Origin: an uncultured Planctomycetota bacterium
GTDB lineage: Bacteria > Planctomycetota > Planctomycetia > Pirellulales > Lacipirellulaceae
Length of the DNA: 64,000 nt
NCBI GenBank assembly: GCA_963719315.1
Contig: CAVRBU010000001.1
Location: 32,001 to 96,000, forward strand
Direction of reading: 5' to 3'
This document shows positions 1 through 10,686 of this stretch, in pieces (the first letter of the stretch is position 1; each line of letters opens with the position of its first letter). The notes below the pieces were generated by a model. That model was not told the origin of the DNA. It saw nothing but the letters and a program-made list of their open reading frames with translations, and ran no database searches. Position numbers and translations under genes: made by a program.

Positions 1-372
1 CACGACGTCGTCGATTTCGGCGCCAAGGATTTGAACGTGGGCGACGACTACCCCGACTTCGTTATTCCCATGGCGCAGGCCGTTGCCGAAGGGAAGCTTG
101 AACGCGGCGTGGCCGTCTGCGGCAGCGGCGTCGGCGCGTCCATTTGTGCCAACAAGGTCGTTGGCGCCAAAGCGGCCCTCGTCACGGATCACTTTTCCGC
201 CCGGCAGGGCGTGGAAGACGATCACATGAACATTCTATGCCTGGGTGGACGGACGGTCGGGTCGGAAGTGGCGTGGGATCTTGTCGAAACATTCCTGGAC
301 GCGAAGTACAGCTCGGCCGAACGCCACCTGCGACGGTTAGAAAAAGTAAAGACGCTGGAAAAAGCACCGTAA
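1..372 (+). CDS. rpiB: Ribose-5-phosphate isomerase B (RpiB/LacAB family), 5'-truncated by window edge
   Basis: Frame open from base 1 (HDVVDFG...DYPD); CGSGVG, ANK, DDHMNILCLGGR and RHLRRLEK motifs. Confidence 0.93.
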   Translation, partial: HDVVDFGAKDLNVGDDYPDFVIPMAQAVAEGKLERGVAVCGSGVGASICANKVVGAKAALVTDHFSARQGVEDDHMNILCLGGRTVGSEVAWDLVETFLDAKYSSAERHLRRLEKVKTLEKAP

Positions 373-431
373 GTCAGGCTTTAGCCTGACTTTTGACGAG
401 AAAATAACTGCAGGCTGAAGCCTGACTTACG
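368..431. repeat. REP-like inverted doublet
   Basis: cgtaagtcaggctttagcctg (368-388) and caggctgaagcctgacttacg (411-431) are inverted copies with 1 mismatch; each is itself palindromic. Confidence 0.75.
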
Positions 432-445
432 CTGACGAGCACCCG

Positions 446-3157
446 ATGAACATTTACGACACTCACGAAGGCGTTCGCCTGCAGATGAACCGGCAGGAGA
501 TTGGCCATTGGAACCGCTGGGGGCCATTTTTAGCCGAGCGGGCGTGGGGCACCGTCCGCGAGGATTACAGCGCGGACGGCGACGCATGGAATTACTTCCC
601 ACACGATGAGGCGCGTTCGCGGACCTACCGCTGGAACGAAGACGGCATCGCCGGCATTTGCGATCGCCACCAATACCTATGTTTTGCGCTCGCGTACTGG
701 AATGGACGCGATCAGTATCTCAAAGAGCGGATGTTTGGCCTGAGCGGCAAGGAAGGCAATCACGGCGAAGACGTCAAAGAGTGTTACTTTTATCTCGACA
801 ACACGCCGACGCACTCGTACATGAAGTACTTGTACAAGTATCCGCAGGCCGCGTTTCCGTACGATCGGTTGTTGGGCGAAAATCGGAAACGCACGCGCCT
901 CGATCCCGAATACGAATTGGTGGACACGGGCGTCTTCGACCAGAATCGATACTTCGAGATCGTCGTCGAGTATGCGAAGCGCGAGCCAGAAGACATGCTG
1001 ATTCGCATCAGCATTACCAACCTCGGGCCGGACGCCGCGCCGATTCATGTCCTGCCGACGCTGTGGTTTCGAAACACCTGGAGTTGGGGGCGCGATCCGC
1101 GCCGGCCGACGATCGCCGCCGGCTCGGACGACAAGAACCGTTCCAACTCAATGCGCACGCTCTTGGCCAAGCACTTCGAACTCGGCGAATACATCTTATA
1201 TGCAGACGCCGCGGACGAGCTGTTGTTTACCGAAAATGAAACCAACATAAAACGCGTGTTCAATTCGTCCGACCCGACGCCGTTCGTCAAGGACGCGTTT
1301 CACGAATGCGTCTTACTCGGGAATCGAGCGGCCGTGAATTCGAAAGGCACGGGCACCAAGGCGGCCGCTCACTATTCGCGCACCGTGGGTGCCGGACAGA
1401 CGATCGCGATCGAGGTGCGTCTATCGGCGCTCATCGACGATCATCCGCTCGAGTATCCGTTTGCCGATTTCGACGCCTTGATTACTCAGCGCCGCGAAGA
1501 AGCCGATGAATTCTACAAAGCCGTGATCGGCGAGCGGTTATCGGCGGACTCCCAGTCGATTGCCCGGCAAGCCTTCGCCGGCATGTTGTGGTCGAAACAG
1601 TATTATCATTACGTCGTGAACGACTGGCTCAAAGGAGACCCCGCGGAGCCGGTTCCGCCGCCTCAGCGTCTCGAAGGCAGAAATCACGAATGGCGGCATG
1701 TGTTCGCGCGCAACGTCATTTCAATGCCCGACAAATGGGAGTTTCCTTGGTTTGCATCGTGGGACCTGGGTTTCCACTGCGCGGCGCTGGCGCACGTCGA
1801 TCCGCAATTCGCCAAAGACCAAATCATCTTGATGCTCCGCGAATGGTACATGCACCCGAACGGCCAGATTCCGGCCTACGAATGGGATTTCGGCAACGTC
1901 AATCCGCCCGTGCTTTCGATGGCGGCGCGAGCCGTGTTCGATATCGAGCGCTCGCACACCGGCGTGTCGGACTATGCGTTCCTGGAACGCGTGTTCAGTA
2001 AAATGCTGCTGAACTTTACCTGGTGGGTGAATCGCAAGGATCCGCTGGGGAAAAACATTTTTCAAGGCGGCTTTTTGGGGATGGATAACATCGGCGTGTT
2101 CGACCGCGGCAAGCTGCCGGCCGGCTACATGCTGGGCCAGGCCGACGGCACGAGCTGGATGGCGGCCTTCGCGCGGAGCATGCTGTCGATTGCCCTAGAG
2201 CTCGCCGAACAGAACCCAATCTATGAGGATATGGCGAGTAAGTTTTGGGAGCATTTCGTATACATCGCCAACTCGATGAACAGCCTCTCCGACCCAAAAA
2301 AATCGTTGTGGCACGAGGAGGATGGCTTCTTTTACGACCATCTAACGAAGCCCAGCGGCGAAACGATACCCATTCGGGCCCGTACAATGGTTGGCTTCGT
2401 ACCGCTGTTTGGCGCGACGGTGGTCGATGCAAACTCCTGCCAACAGCATCCAGCCTTCAACCGGCGGCGACAATGGTTCATCGAGCACCGACCCGATCTG
2501 GTGGAGAGTGTCGGTCCCATGGTCACGCCGGGCGCTCACAACACGCTGATCCTGGGCCTGGTGCGGACCGACCAACTACGGCGAATGTTGGCGTACATGT
2601 TGGACGAGCGCGAGTTCCTCTCGCCGTACGGTATTCGCGCCGTCTCCCGCTACCATCTCGATCATCCGTTGGTGATGCAATTGGATGGCCAGGAGTATCG
2701 GCTCGACTATGAACCGGCGGAATCGACGACCGATCTGTTCGGCGGTAATTCGAATTGGCGCGGCCCGATTTGGATGCCGGTGAACTTCCTCGTGATTCAG
2801 GCTTTGCGTGAATATCATCTTTACTACGGCAACAGTTTTCAGATCGAATGCCCGACCGGTTCCGGTCACATGATGACGCTCGAACAAGTCGCCAAGGAGT
2901 TGGCCCGCCGGCTGGCGCATATCTTTCTGCGCGGCGCGGACGGAAAGCGGCCCGTATTTGGCGATTACCCACTCTACAATGACGATCCATATTGGCGGGA
3001 TTTCATTCCGTTTTACGAGTATTTTGACGGCGACAACGGCCGCGGTTGCGGAGCCAGCCATCAAACGGGCTGGACGGGCCTAATCGCGCAAATTCTGGTC
3101 ATGCTCGGAAAGGAGATGAACGGGCACACGGAAGCAACCACAAATGCGAAGCAATGA
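446..3157 (+). CDS. MGH1/GH63-like glucosidase
   Basis: 903 aa; WGPFLAERAWGTVREDYS, SMPDKWEFPWFASWDLGFH, GGNSNWRGPIW, GASHQTGWT. Confidence 0.88.
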   Translation: MNIYDTHEGVRLQMNRQEIGHWNRWGPFLAERAWGTVREDYSADGDAWNYFPHDEARSRTYRWNEDGIAGICDRHQYLCFALAYWNGRDQYLKERMFGLSGKEGNHGEDVKECYFYLDNTPTHSYMKYLYKYPQAAFPYDRLLGENRKRTRLDPEYELVDTGVFDQNRYFEIVVEYAKREPEDMLIRISITNLGPDAAPIHVLPTLWFRNTWSWGRDPRRPTIAAGSDDKNRSNSMRTLLAKHFELGEYILYADAADELLFTENETNIKRVFNSSDPTPFVKDAFHECVLLGNRAAVNSKGTGTKAAAHYSRTVGAGQTIAIEVRLSALIDDHPLEYPFADFDALITQRREEADEFYKAVIGERLSADSQSIARQAFAGMLWSKQYYHYVVNDWLKGDPAEPVPPPQRLEGRNHEWRHVFARNVISMPDKWEFPWFASWDLGFHCAALAHVDPQFAKDQIILMLREWYMHPNGQIPAYEWDFGNVNPPVLSMAARAVFDIERSHTGVSDYAFLERVFSKMLLNFTWWVNRKDPLGKNIFQGGFLGMDNIGVFDRGKLPAGYMLGQADGTSWMAAFARSMLSIALELAEQNPIYEDMASKFWEHFVYIANSMNSLSDPKKSLWHEEDGFFYDHLTKPSGETIPIRARTMVGFVPLFGATVVDANSCQQHPAFNRRRQWFIEHRPDLVESVGPMVTPGAHNTLILGLVRTDQLRRMLAYMLDEREFLSPYGIRAVSRYHLDHPLVMQLDGQEYRLDYEPAESTTDLFGGNSNWRGPIWMPVNFLVIQALREYHLYYGNSFQIECPTGSGHMMTLEQVAKELARRLAHIFLRGADGKRPVFGDYPLYNDDPYWRDFIPFYEYFDGDNGRGCGASHQTGWTGLIAQILVMLGKEMNGHTEATTNAKQ

Positions 3158-3337
3158 CGGCTGGTTGCTGAACCGATTCGTAATTCGCAATACTACTCAA
3201 ACTGAAAAAACGAACCGCTAAGGTCGCCAAGAACGCCAAGGAATACAGAGAGAAATCAATTTGGCATGCAGTTTGTCCGCCTACCTGCCCTCCGTATTAG
3301 AACCACCAGCAACAGCCTCAGCGAGCCGATCACCATC

Positions 3338-4576
3338 ATGAAACGAGCTTCGATATTCGCACTAACCGTATTGATTTGCGGTCCGTTGGTAGCGAGCGAT
3401 TGGCCCCAATTTCGGGGTCCAACCGGCGATGGAATATCCAACGCCACCAATGTACCCATCGAATGGAGCGCCACCGAGCACGTGGCATGGAAACAGCCGA
3501 TCCCGGGCACCGGCTGGTCGTCACCGGTATTGTCGAAAGGAAAACTTTATCTGACGACGGCGGTCGGCGAGAAGGAGAGCCAGGTCTCTTTGCGTACGAT
3601 ATGTGTGGACGCGACCGATGGACGGATCGTTTGGGATACCGAGGTGTTTCAGCCGACGGCAGATGCCGCGCGGCAGATTCAATCGAAGAATAGTCTCGCG
3701 AGTCCCACGCCGATCGTGGACGGCGACAGACTGTACGTGCATTTCGGCCACATGGGAACCGCGGCGCTCGATCTGGATGGCAACGTAATCTGGCGGCAAA
3801 CGTCGCTCAGCTATCGCCCGCAACACGGGAACGGTGGCTCGCCCGTAGCGATCGGCGAGCTTCTGGTATTCAGTTGCGACGCGATCGAAAACCCGTTTGT
3901 CGTGGCCCTCGATCGCGGCACTGGCGACGTGCGATGGAAGACGGATCGCCAGACAACCGCCAAGAGAAAATTCTCTTTCAGCACCCCCACGGCCATCGAA
4001 GTCGATGGCGCTCCGCAAGTCGTTATCCCTGGAAGTGGATTCGTCGGCGGCTATGATCCGAGCGACGGCCACGAAATCTGGCGCGTGCGCTACGGAGAAG
4101 GCTATTCTGTCGTCCCGCGGCCCGTCTATGCGGACGGGCTTCTGTTCGTAGCCTCGGGTTTCGATAAGCCTGTGTTGTACGCCATCGACCCGCAGGGCGC
4201 AACGGGCGACGCCACCGACACGCACGTCGCTTGGACCTACGCCAAGGGCGCGCCCCTGACGCCGTCGGTGCTGGTCGTTGGCGGCGAGTTGTATTTCGTA
4301 TCCGACAAAGGGGTGGCAACCTGCCTCGATGCACGTTCAGGACGGCTTAACTGGACCAAACGCCTGGGTGGCGACTTTTCCGCATCGCCCGTGTTGGCCG
4401 ACGGGCGAATCTACGTACAGAGCGAGGCCGGCGTGACGACCGTGATCAACGCGAGCAAGGAATTCGAGTCGGTGGCGACGAACGATCTTGGTGAACGCAC
4501 GCTGGCCTCGCCGGCCGTAGCCGATGGGGCGATCTTCCTCCGCTCCGAATCGAATTTATGGCGTATTCAAAAGTAA
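3338..4576 (+). CDS. Secreted PQQ-like beta-propeller protein (BamB-like, planctomycete type)
   Basis: Signal peptide then DWPQFRGP; repeated SSPV/SPTP...G..W blades; start placed at ATG 3338. Confidence 0.88.
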   Translation: MKRASIFALTVLICGPLVASDWPQFRGPTGDGISNATNVPIEWSATEHVAWKQPIPGTGWSSPVLSKGKLYLTTAVGEKESQVSLRTICVDATDGRIVWDTEVFQPTADAARQIQSKNSLASPTPIVDGDRLYVHFGHMGTAALDLDGNVIWRQTSLSYRPQHGNGGSPVAIGELLVFSCDAIENPFVVALDRGTGDVRWKTDRQTTAKRKFSFSTPTAIEVDGAPQVVIPGSGFVGGYDPSDGHEIWRVRYGEGYSVVPRPVYADGLLFVASGFDKPVLYAIDPQGATGDATDTHVAWTYAKGAPLTPSVLVVGGELYFVSDKGVATCLDARSGRLNWTKRLGGDFSASPVLADGRIYVQSEAGVTTVINASKEFESVATNDLGERTLASPAVADGAIFLRSESNLWRIQK

Positions 4577-4600
4577 CCGGCCAAGCACTTTGGAGTCTGC

Positions 4601-6293
4601 ATGTTCGTTCATCCATCCTGGATTTTGCCATCCCTTGCGATTTGGTTCGTCGCCTTGTTTTCGTCCGTGGCCACAAGCGCGGATTACGACGTGATTCTTC
4701 GCGGCGGCACGGTCTACGATGGTTCGGGCCAACCGCCAGTTGTTGCCAACGTCGCGATTCGCGGCGACCGCATTGCTGCTATCGGCGACCTTGCCCAGCA
4801 AACCGCGTCGCAGGAATTCGACGTGCGCGGCATGGCCGTCGCGCCGGGCTTCATCAATATGCTGAGTTGGTCGGTTTCGTCGCTGATCGAAGACGGCAAA
4901 TCGCAGAGCGAAATTCGCCAAGGCGTGACGCTCGAAGTATTCGGCGAAGGCGAATCCTGGGGACCGTGGAACGACTTTCAAAAAAAGACGGCCAAGGAGC
5001 AACAAGGCGATATCCGCTATCCGATCGAGTGGACCACGTTGGCGGAGTATTTGAATTTCCTCGCGAAGCGCGGCGTTTCGCCCAATATCGCGTCTTTTGT
5101 TGGAGCAACGACGGTCCGCATCCACGAAATCGGTTACGAAGACCGGCCGCCGACGCCCGCGGAACTCAAGCGAATGAAGCAACTCGTGCGGCAGGCCATG
5201 GAGGAAGCGCGCTAGGGTTAGGCTCGGCGCTCATCTATGCACCGGCTTTTTACGCTAAAACCGACGAGCTCACCGAGTTGTGCAAGGTCGTCGCCGAATA
5301 TGACGGCCTTTTCACGTCGCACATGAGAAGCGAAGGCAACCGGCTGCTCGAAAGCGTGGACGAAATTCTGCAAATCATGCGCGACTCGGGCGTGCGGGCT
5401 GAAATCTACCACTTGAAGGCGGCCGGCGAAAAGAATTGGGGCAAGTTGGATCCGCTGATCGAACGAGTCAATGCGGCCCGCGAGAAGGGTATGCAGATCA
5501 GCGCCGACATGTACACGTACACCGCCGGCGCGACCGGGCTCGATGCGGCCATGCCGCCCTGGGTGCAGGAAGGCGGTTGTCGCAAATGGGCCGACCGGCT
5601 GCGGGAACCGGAGACGCGGGCCCGCGTGCTCCGCGAAATGCGAACGCCGGCCGACGACTGGGAAAACCTCATGCTGCTCGCCGGTTCGCCGGACAAAGTG
5701 CTCCTAATCGAGATCAAGAACGAAAAACTCAAGCCGCTTACCGGCAAAACGCTGGCCGAAGTGGCCCGCATGCGTGGCCGCTCGCCCGAAGAAACGGCAA
5801 TGGATCTGGTGATCGAAGACGGCAGCCGAGTGGGAACGGTCTATTTTCTGATGTCGGAAGACAACGTCCGCAAACAGATCAAACTGCCTTGGGTCAGCTT
5901 CTGTTCGGACGCCGAATCAACCGCCCCGGAGGGTGTGTTCCTCAAGGCTAGCGCCACCCGCGCGCTTACGGCAACTTCTCTAAATTGCTGGGCCGCTACG
6001 TCCGCGACGAAAAACTGATCCCGCTCGAAGAGGCGGTCCGCCGGCTGACGACGCTGCCCGCCGGGAACTTGCGGATTAAGAAACGTGGCGCCCTAAAGCC
6101 CGAGTATTTTGCGGATGTCGTCGTATTCGATCCGGCCAAGATTCAGGACCATTCCACGTACGAAAAACCGCAGCAATATTCGACCGGCATGATTCACGTA
6201 TTCGTCAACGGGAAGCAGGTCATTCGCGACGGCGAGCACACAGGTGCGACGCCAGGCCGGGTAGTGTACGGGCCGGGTCGAAGAACCCCGTAG
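4601..6293 (+). CDS. N-acyl-D-amino-acid deacylase (amidohydrolase), split by two probable frameshift errors
   Basis: GGTVYDGSG, APGFINM, SHMRSEG, EIYHLK, ADMYTY, HPRAYGNF and ADVVVFDP lie across three frames (shifts ~5207, ~5953). Confidence 0.85.
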
Positions 6294-6343
6294 CCGCGTT
6301 TCTCCGAAGCGTGGGTGCGACTTTCAGAGAAACTCGCCACGAC

Positions 6344-8221
6344 TTACTTCGCTCGTCCCGTTTTGGTGTCGATCTCCAACCCGAGCTGCTCTCTGTCCTT
6401 GGTGTAGAATACGTACCCGTACATCATTTCCTGGTACGTCTGCTGGCCATCGCGCACGGTGGCTGCCGGGTCGGGGTTGAACGGATTGAACGTCGTATTG
6501 TCGTAGTGGGCGAGGCACTCAAACTTCGTATTGGCTGGAAACTTCAATTCGTTGTACGCGACGTGATACGGCATCTGCCAATCGAAGCTGTAATTGGGGA
6601 TCATCAGCAGCGATACCGGTTCGGCGCCAGGTGGATAGGCGCGGAATGTCACATCCTGCCCGCGCACGTGCATGTGCGCGAAAAAGCCGTACAGCGTCAC
6701 GTCGTCGGTGAGTGTCTTGGTTCGCGAGACCGGATAGTGTGCCGCATAAGGCGGGATTGCAAATTTCTGGTTGCTCAACTGCAGATAGTGCAATTCCTTC
6801 TCGACCTTGTAACGCGGAAAGCGAAAGCCGACGCGGAGTTTTGTCTTTTCCGGCTTGCCGGTCGTCGTCAAATGAATTTGAAGCCCAATGGCTGAGCCGG
6901 CCGGGATTTTCGACGCGACGTTGTGATCGAGCTGCATCGGGCCCACACCCGGCACGTAGCCCGTGATGAGACGCGCATACATGCCCTCCGAGCCGATTGG
7001 CATATAGCCGAGATTCGAGTGGTGCACCACGCGTGGATTGCTCGGCTGGACTTCGGCCGCTTGGATGTACGTGTCGTGCAGAAACACGGCCGGTAGGAGA
7101 GTGTACTTGTAGTCGATATAGCCGTCGGCCGGCACGTCATACGTGAACGGCGCTTCGAAAATCATATCCGGCTCACCCAACAGCCATTCTTTTCCGGCCC
7201 ACAGGTCGTCGGCCGCGACCGACGCAGGTTGCTCGGACTCGCCTTTGGCCACGGTTGCCGTAACGGCAGCCGCTTTGAGGTCGGCATCGTGCGGCGCCCC
7301 GGCCTGCGCCCAGGCAAGAAGCAGCTTGCGGTCCGCCGCAGCCATTGTGCGATTGTTCGAAAACTTGCCGATGCCGGGGCTGGCATACCACGGTGGCATT
7401 CGCCGCTGCTCGACCACTTCCGCGATCATCGCGGCGTTTGCCGCTAGATCGTCATAGGACGTAAGCGAAAACGGAGCGGCCGTGCCCGGACGATGGCAAG
7501 CCGTGCAATTCTTCTCGACGATCGGCGCGATCTGCTGCGAGTAACTGATGTTGTCGATCTTCTTCGCGGGCGCCGCCTTCGTGATCAAGCAGCCATCGAC
7601 GGCCGTTTCAGTGACTGCGATCTCCTCTCCGGCCAGCAGCGACCGGATCGCATCGCGCAATTCCGAACTCACGGCCCCTGGCGTCGTTCCCCCCAACCTA
7701 AAACTGTTATCGATCCGGCCGCGATAGCGGATTTTGTAATCGGAGTCGATCAACACGGCTGTTGCCGTGCGATCCACGCCGCAAGCCTCAACGCAACTGC
7801 CGCCGATGTCCTTGACGAACGGAAACGGCATGTCGTGCTCGACGGCTTGCGTGGCGATATCGAGCACCGAATCATCCGGTCCAACATCGATGGCGACGAA
7901 CTGCACGCCCTGCCCCCGAAATTCAGTGTCCAACTGCTTGAGCCGCGGCAGGAATCGTTGCACGATCGGGCAAGTCGTATTGGTAAACACGAGTACGAAA
8001 GCCCGTTTCTGCACCGGATCTTTAGCGTTCACGAAATCGCTCAACGACCGCGGCAAGAACCGAATATCCGTAAACGTGCACGGGCCCAGTTTCCCGCCGA
8101 CTTGAGCCGGCGGCCGCGGCTCGGCATTGTTATCCGCACGTGCGTTCACCGCGGCGGCAGTCAGGGCGCATACCGCTGTTGCAGCAATGAATTGGCCAAA
8201 AAAGGGACGCCGATGGAACAT
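6344..8221 (-). CDS. Redoxin + c-type cytochrome + copper type II monooxygenase-like fusion protein
   Basis: Signal peptide; TCP...YRGRIDN...GC redoxin; CTACH heme motif with MPPW; VVHH, IHL, HMH, EMM copper-ligand pattern. Confidence 0.8.
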   Translation of the reverse strand: MFHRRPFFGQFIAATAVCALTAAAVNARADNNAEPRPPAQVGGKLGPCTFTDIRFLPRSLSDFVNAKDPVQKRAFVLVFTNTTCPIVQRFLPRLKQLDTEFRGQGVQFVAIDVGPDDSVLDIATQAVEHDMPFPFVKDIGGSCVEACGVDRTATAVLIDSDYKIRYRGRIDNSFRLGGTTPGAVSSELRDAIRSLLAGEEIAVTETAVDGCLITKAAPAKKIDNISYSQQIAPIVEKNCTACHRPGTAAPFSLTSYDDLAANAAMIAEVVEQRRMPPWYASPGIGKFSNNRTMAAADRKLLLAWAQAGAPHDADLKAAAVTATVAKGESEQPASVAADDLWAGKEWLLGEPDMIFEAPFTYDVPADGYIDYKYTLLPAVFLHDTYIQAAEVQPSNPRVVHHSNLGYMPIGSEGMYARLITGYVPGVGPMQLDHNVASKIPAGSAIGLQIHLTTTGKPEKTKLRVGFRFPRYKVEKELHYLQLSNQKFAIPPYAAHYPVSRTKTLTDDVTLYGFFAHMHVRGQDVTFRAYPPGAEPVSLLMIPNYSFDWQMPYHVAYNELKFPANTKFECLAHYDNTTFNPFNPDPAATVRDGQQTYQEMMYGYVFYTKDREQLGLEIDTKTGRAK

Positions 8222-8339
8222 TCGCGCGTATCTGCGTGAATCGAAGTGATTTGCCCATGAAAGTGGTCGGTAAATCCGACCCACAATTATGATACTCTCT
8301 AGGACACGCGAGCCAACAGAGCATCTACGTTTCGATCCC

Positions 8340-9754
8340 ATGAATTCGCAGTCGTTTACCAATTTCGGCGGCAATCAGTCGTTCGACCCGGCCAACGTCT
8401 ATGCGCCGCGGGACGAAACCGAACTTTTGGAAGTGCTCCGAACCTGTCGTGGCCGGCGAATTCGCGCGATCGGCCGGCTCCATTCCTGGAGCGAAGCGCC
8501 CGTCGCCACCGACGTGCTGATCGACCTGCGATATTTTCAGGAGGTGCGCGTTGAGCAGCGCGACGGTCGTCCTTGGGTAACCGTCGGCGCGGGGTGCCAG
8601 ATCAAACGAATCCTGGCCGAACTGGCCTGCCAATCGGCCGGCACGCTCCCTTCACTCGGGCTGATTACGGAACAAACGATAGCCGGCGCCATTTCGACCG
8701 GCACGCACGGTTCCGGCAAGCCCTCGATGTCGCATTTCATCGATGAAGTCCGCGTCGCCGCGTACAATCCGACGACCGGCGAGCCGACGATCCACACGAT
8801 CCGTGGCGGCGATGAATTGCGCGCCGCGCTGCTCGATCGGCACACTCGGCGTAATCGTCTCCGTGGGCTTTTGGTCCCGGACGCAGTACAACATTGAGGA
8901 ACACTTTCGTGGATACGACGGCCTCGAAAGCGTACTCGCCAAGGAAGAAGAATTCCCGCTGCAGCAGTTCTACTTGATGCCCTGGTCGTGGCAATACTTT
9001 GCCCAGCACCGCCGTGAAACGACGCAACCGCGCGGAGGCTGGGCCACGCTCTATCGGCTGTATTTCTTTTTGCAGTTCGACATCGGCCTCCATTTGCTAT
9101 TGCGACTCGCCGCCCGCACGCTCCGCAGCCCACGGCTCGTGCGGTTTCTGTTTCAAAAAATCGCGCCGCGGCTGGTGATTCAAAACTGGAAGGTTGTCGA
9201 TGATTCCAGCAACATGTTGGTCATGGAACACGAACTGTTTCAGCACATCGAGTGTGAAATGTTCGTGCGCAAGCCGCAGTTGGCGGCAGCCATCGACCTG
9301 GTCGTGCAACTACTGAAGCTGTTTGATGGCGATCCCGAAGCGCTCGATTCGCTCGCCCGCGACCACTTGCAGCAAATTGGCACGCTGAACGAAATCGAAT
9401 CGCGGCGCGGTACTTACACGCACCACTATCCGATCTGCGTTCGCCGCGTACTGCCGGATGACACGCTGATTTCCATGGCCAGTGGCGGCGATGAACCGTA
9501 CTACGCGATCAGCTTGCTCAGCTACGCTCGGCCGAACGACCGGCAGGGTTTTTTGACATTTGCCGACGTGCTTTGCCGAACGCTGGGCGCGCTCTACAGC
9601 GCCCGGCCACATTGGGGCAAAGTTTGCCCACTAACTCCGGCGGAAGCAGTGCGGCTCTATCCGCATCTGCCGCGGTTTCGCGAAATCTGCTCGCGCCGAT
9701 CCGAATGGCGTCTTTCGCAACGAATGGACCGCGGGCACGCTATTCTCCAAGTAG
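8340..9754 (+). CDS. FAD-linked oxidase, D-arabinono-1,4-lactone/gulonolactone oxidase family (frameshifted)
   Basis: GRLHSWS, QTIAGAISTGTHGSG, RPHWGK; C-terminal DPNGVFRNEW* in third frame; shifts ~8825 and ~9692. Confidence 0.82.
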
Positions 9755-9833
9755 GTCCCGCTTGCCGAGCGGGACGTAGATACTGGACAACAGCCTATCA
9801 TCTCAAAGGTCCCTTCCGGTAGAAGCGACCTAT

Positions 9834-10256
9834 TTACACCAGCTTCGCGTCCATCGTGATCGTCGTATTGAGCAACCGCGAAATCGGGCAACCCGCCTTC
9901 GCGTTGTTGGCGGCCGTTTCGAATGCCTTCGGATCGGCCCCGGGAAGTTTTACGCGAACATCCAAATGCGAGGACGTAACGGTGAAGCCGGCGTCCGTTT
10001 TTTCGAGCGTGACCGTGGCCGTCGTGTTAATCGAATCGGCCGTCATGCCGGCGTTCCCCAATTGCCCGGAAAGTGCCATCGAAAAGCAGCCCGCGTGAGC
10101 GGCCGCGATGAGCTCCTCCGGATTGGTCCCCTTCCCTTCCTCGAATCGAGTGCCGAACGAGTATTGCGTGCTGTCCATGACGCCGCTGTCCGTTGAAATA
10201 GCCCCCTTGCCGTCCTTGAGGCCGCCCTTCCAAATTGCTGATGCTTTGCGCTTCAT
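9834..10256 (-). CDS. osmC: OsmC family peroxiredoxin
   Basis: MKRKASAIWKG, GTNPEELIAAAHAGCFSMALS, AKAGCPISRLL. Confidence 0.95.
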   Translation of the reverse strand: MKRKASAIWKGGLKDGKGAISTDSGVMDSTQYSFGTRFEEGKGTNPEELIAAAHAGCFSMALSGQLGNAGMTADSINTTATVTLEKTDAGFTVTSSHLDVRVKLPGADPKAFETAANNAKAGCPISRLLNTTITMDAKLV

Positions 10257-10521
10257 ATTAAAGTTTCCTTGTGGATTTGAGTTATCCTTGCCGCCATCAT
10301 CAGCGACTGGGGCTGAAAGGGCTAGACCCCGGCGCGTACATGAGCAGGACATTTTTATAGCCAAGGACCGACCAGGTTGGCGGATATTCTGTCCGAAATC
10401 AAGGAGAATTTCGCGGGTGGCACGACATTTGACTGGCAGCAAGGACCGATCTCCCATATTTCGGCCTTACGTCGCAATAATGAAATTCCTGAGAAAAATG
10501 GTCGGATCGCCAAGAAAAAGC

Positions 10522-10571
10522 TTGACCACCGTCATTTTGGCTGGCAAGATAAAGGCGCGGATAGATTATCC
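10522..10571 (+). promoter_or_regulatory. Putative sigma70 promoter followed by GGATA-N3-TATCC operator
   Basis: TTGACC-17nt-CAAGAT (10522-10550), then GGATAGATTATCC (10559-10571); same palindrome recurs at 13529 and 13677. Confidence 0.6.
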
Positions 10572-10686
10572 AGAACACTCTTTCTTCGCCCGTTTGGGGC
10601 GGTTGGTTCGCTGAATACGTAGGCAGACACCGTTGTCGTCTAAGCAACATTCGAGTTCGGGAGGAAAGCTAATTCGTTATCGTCAC

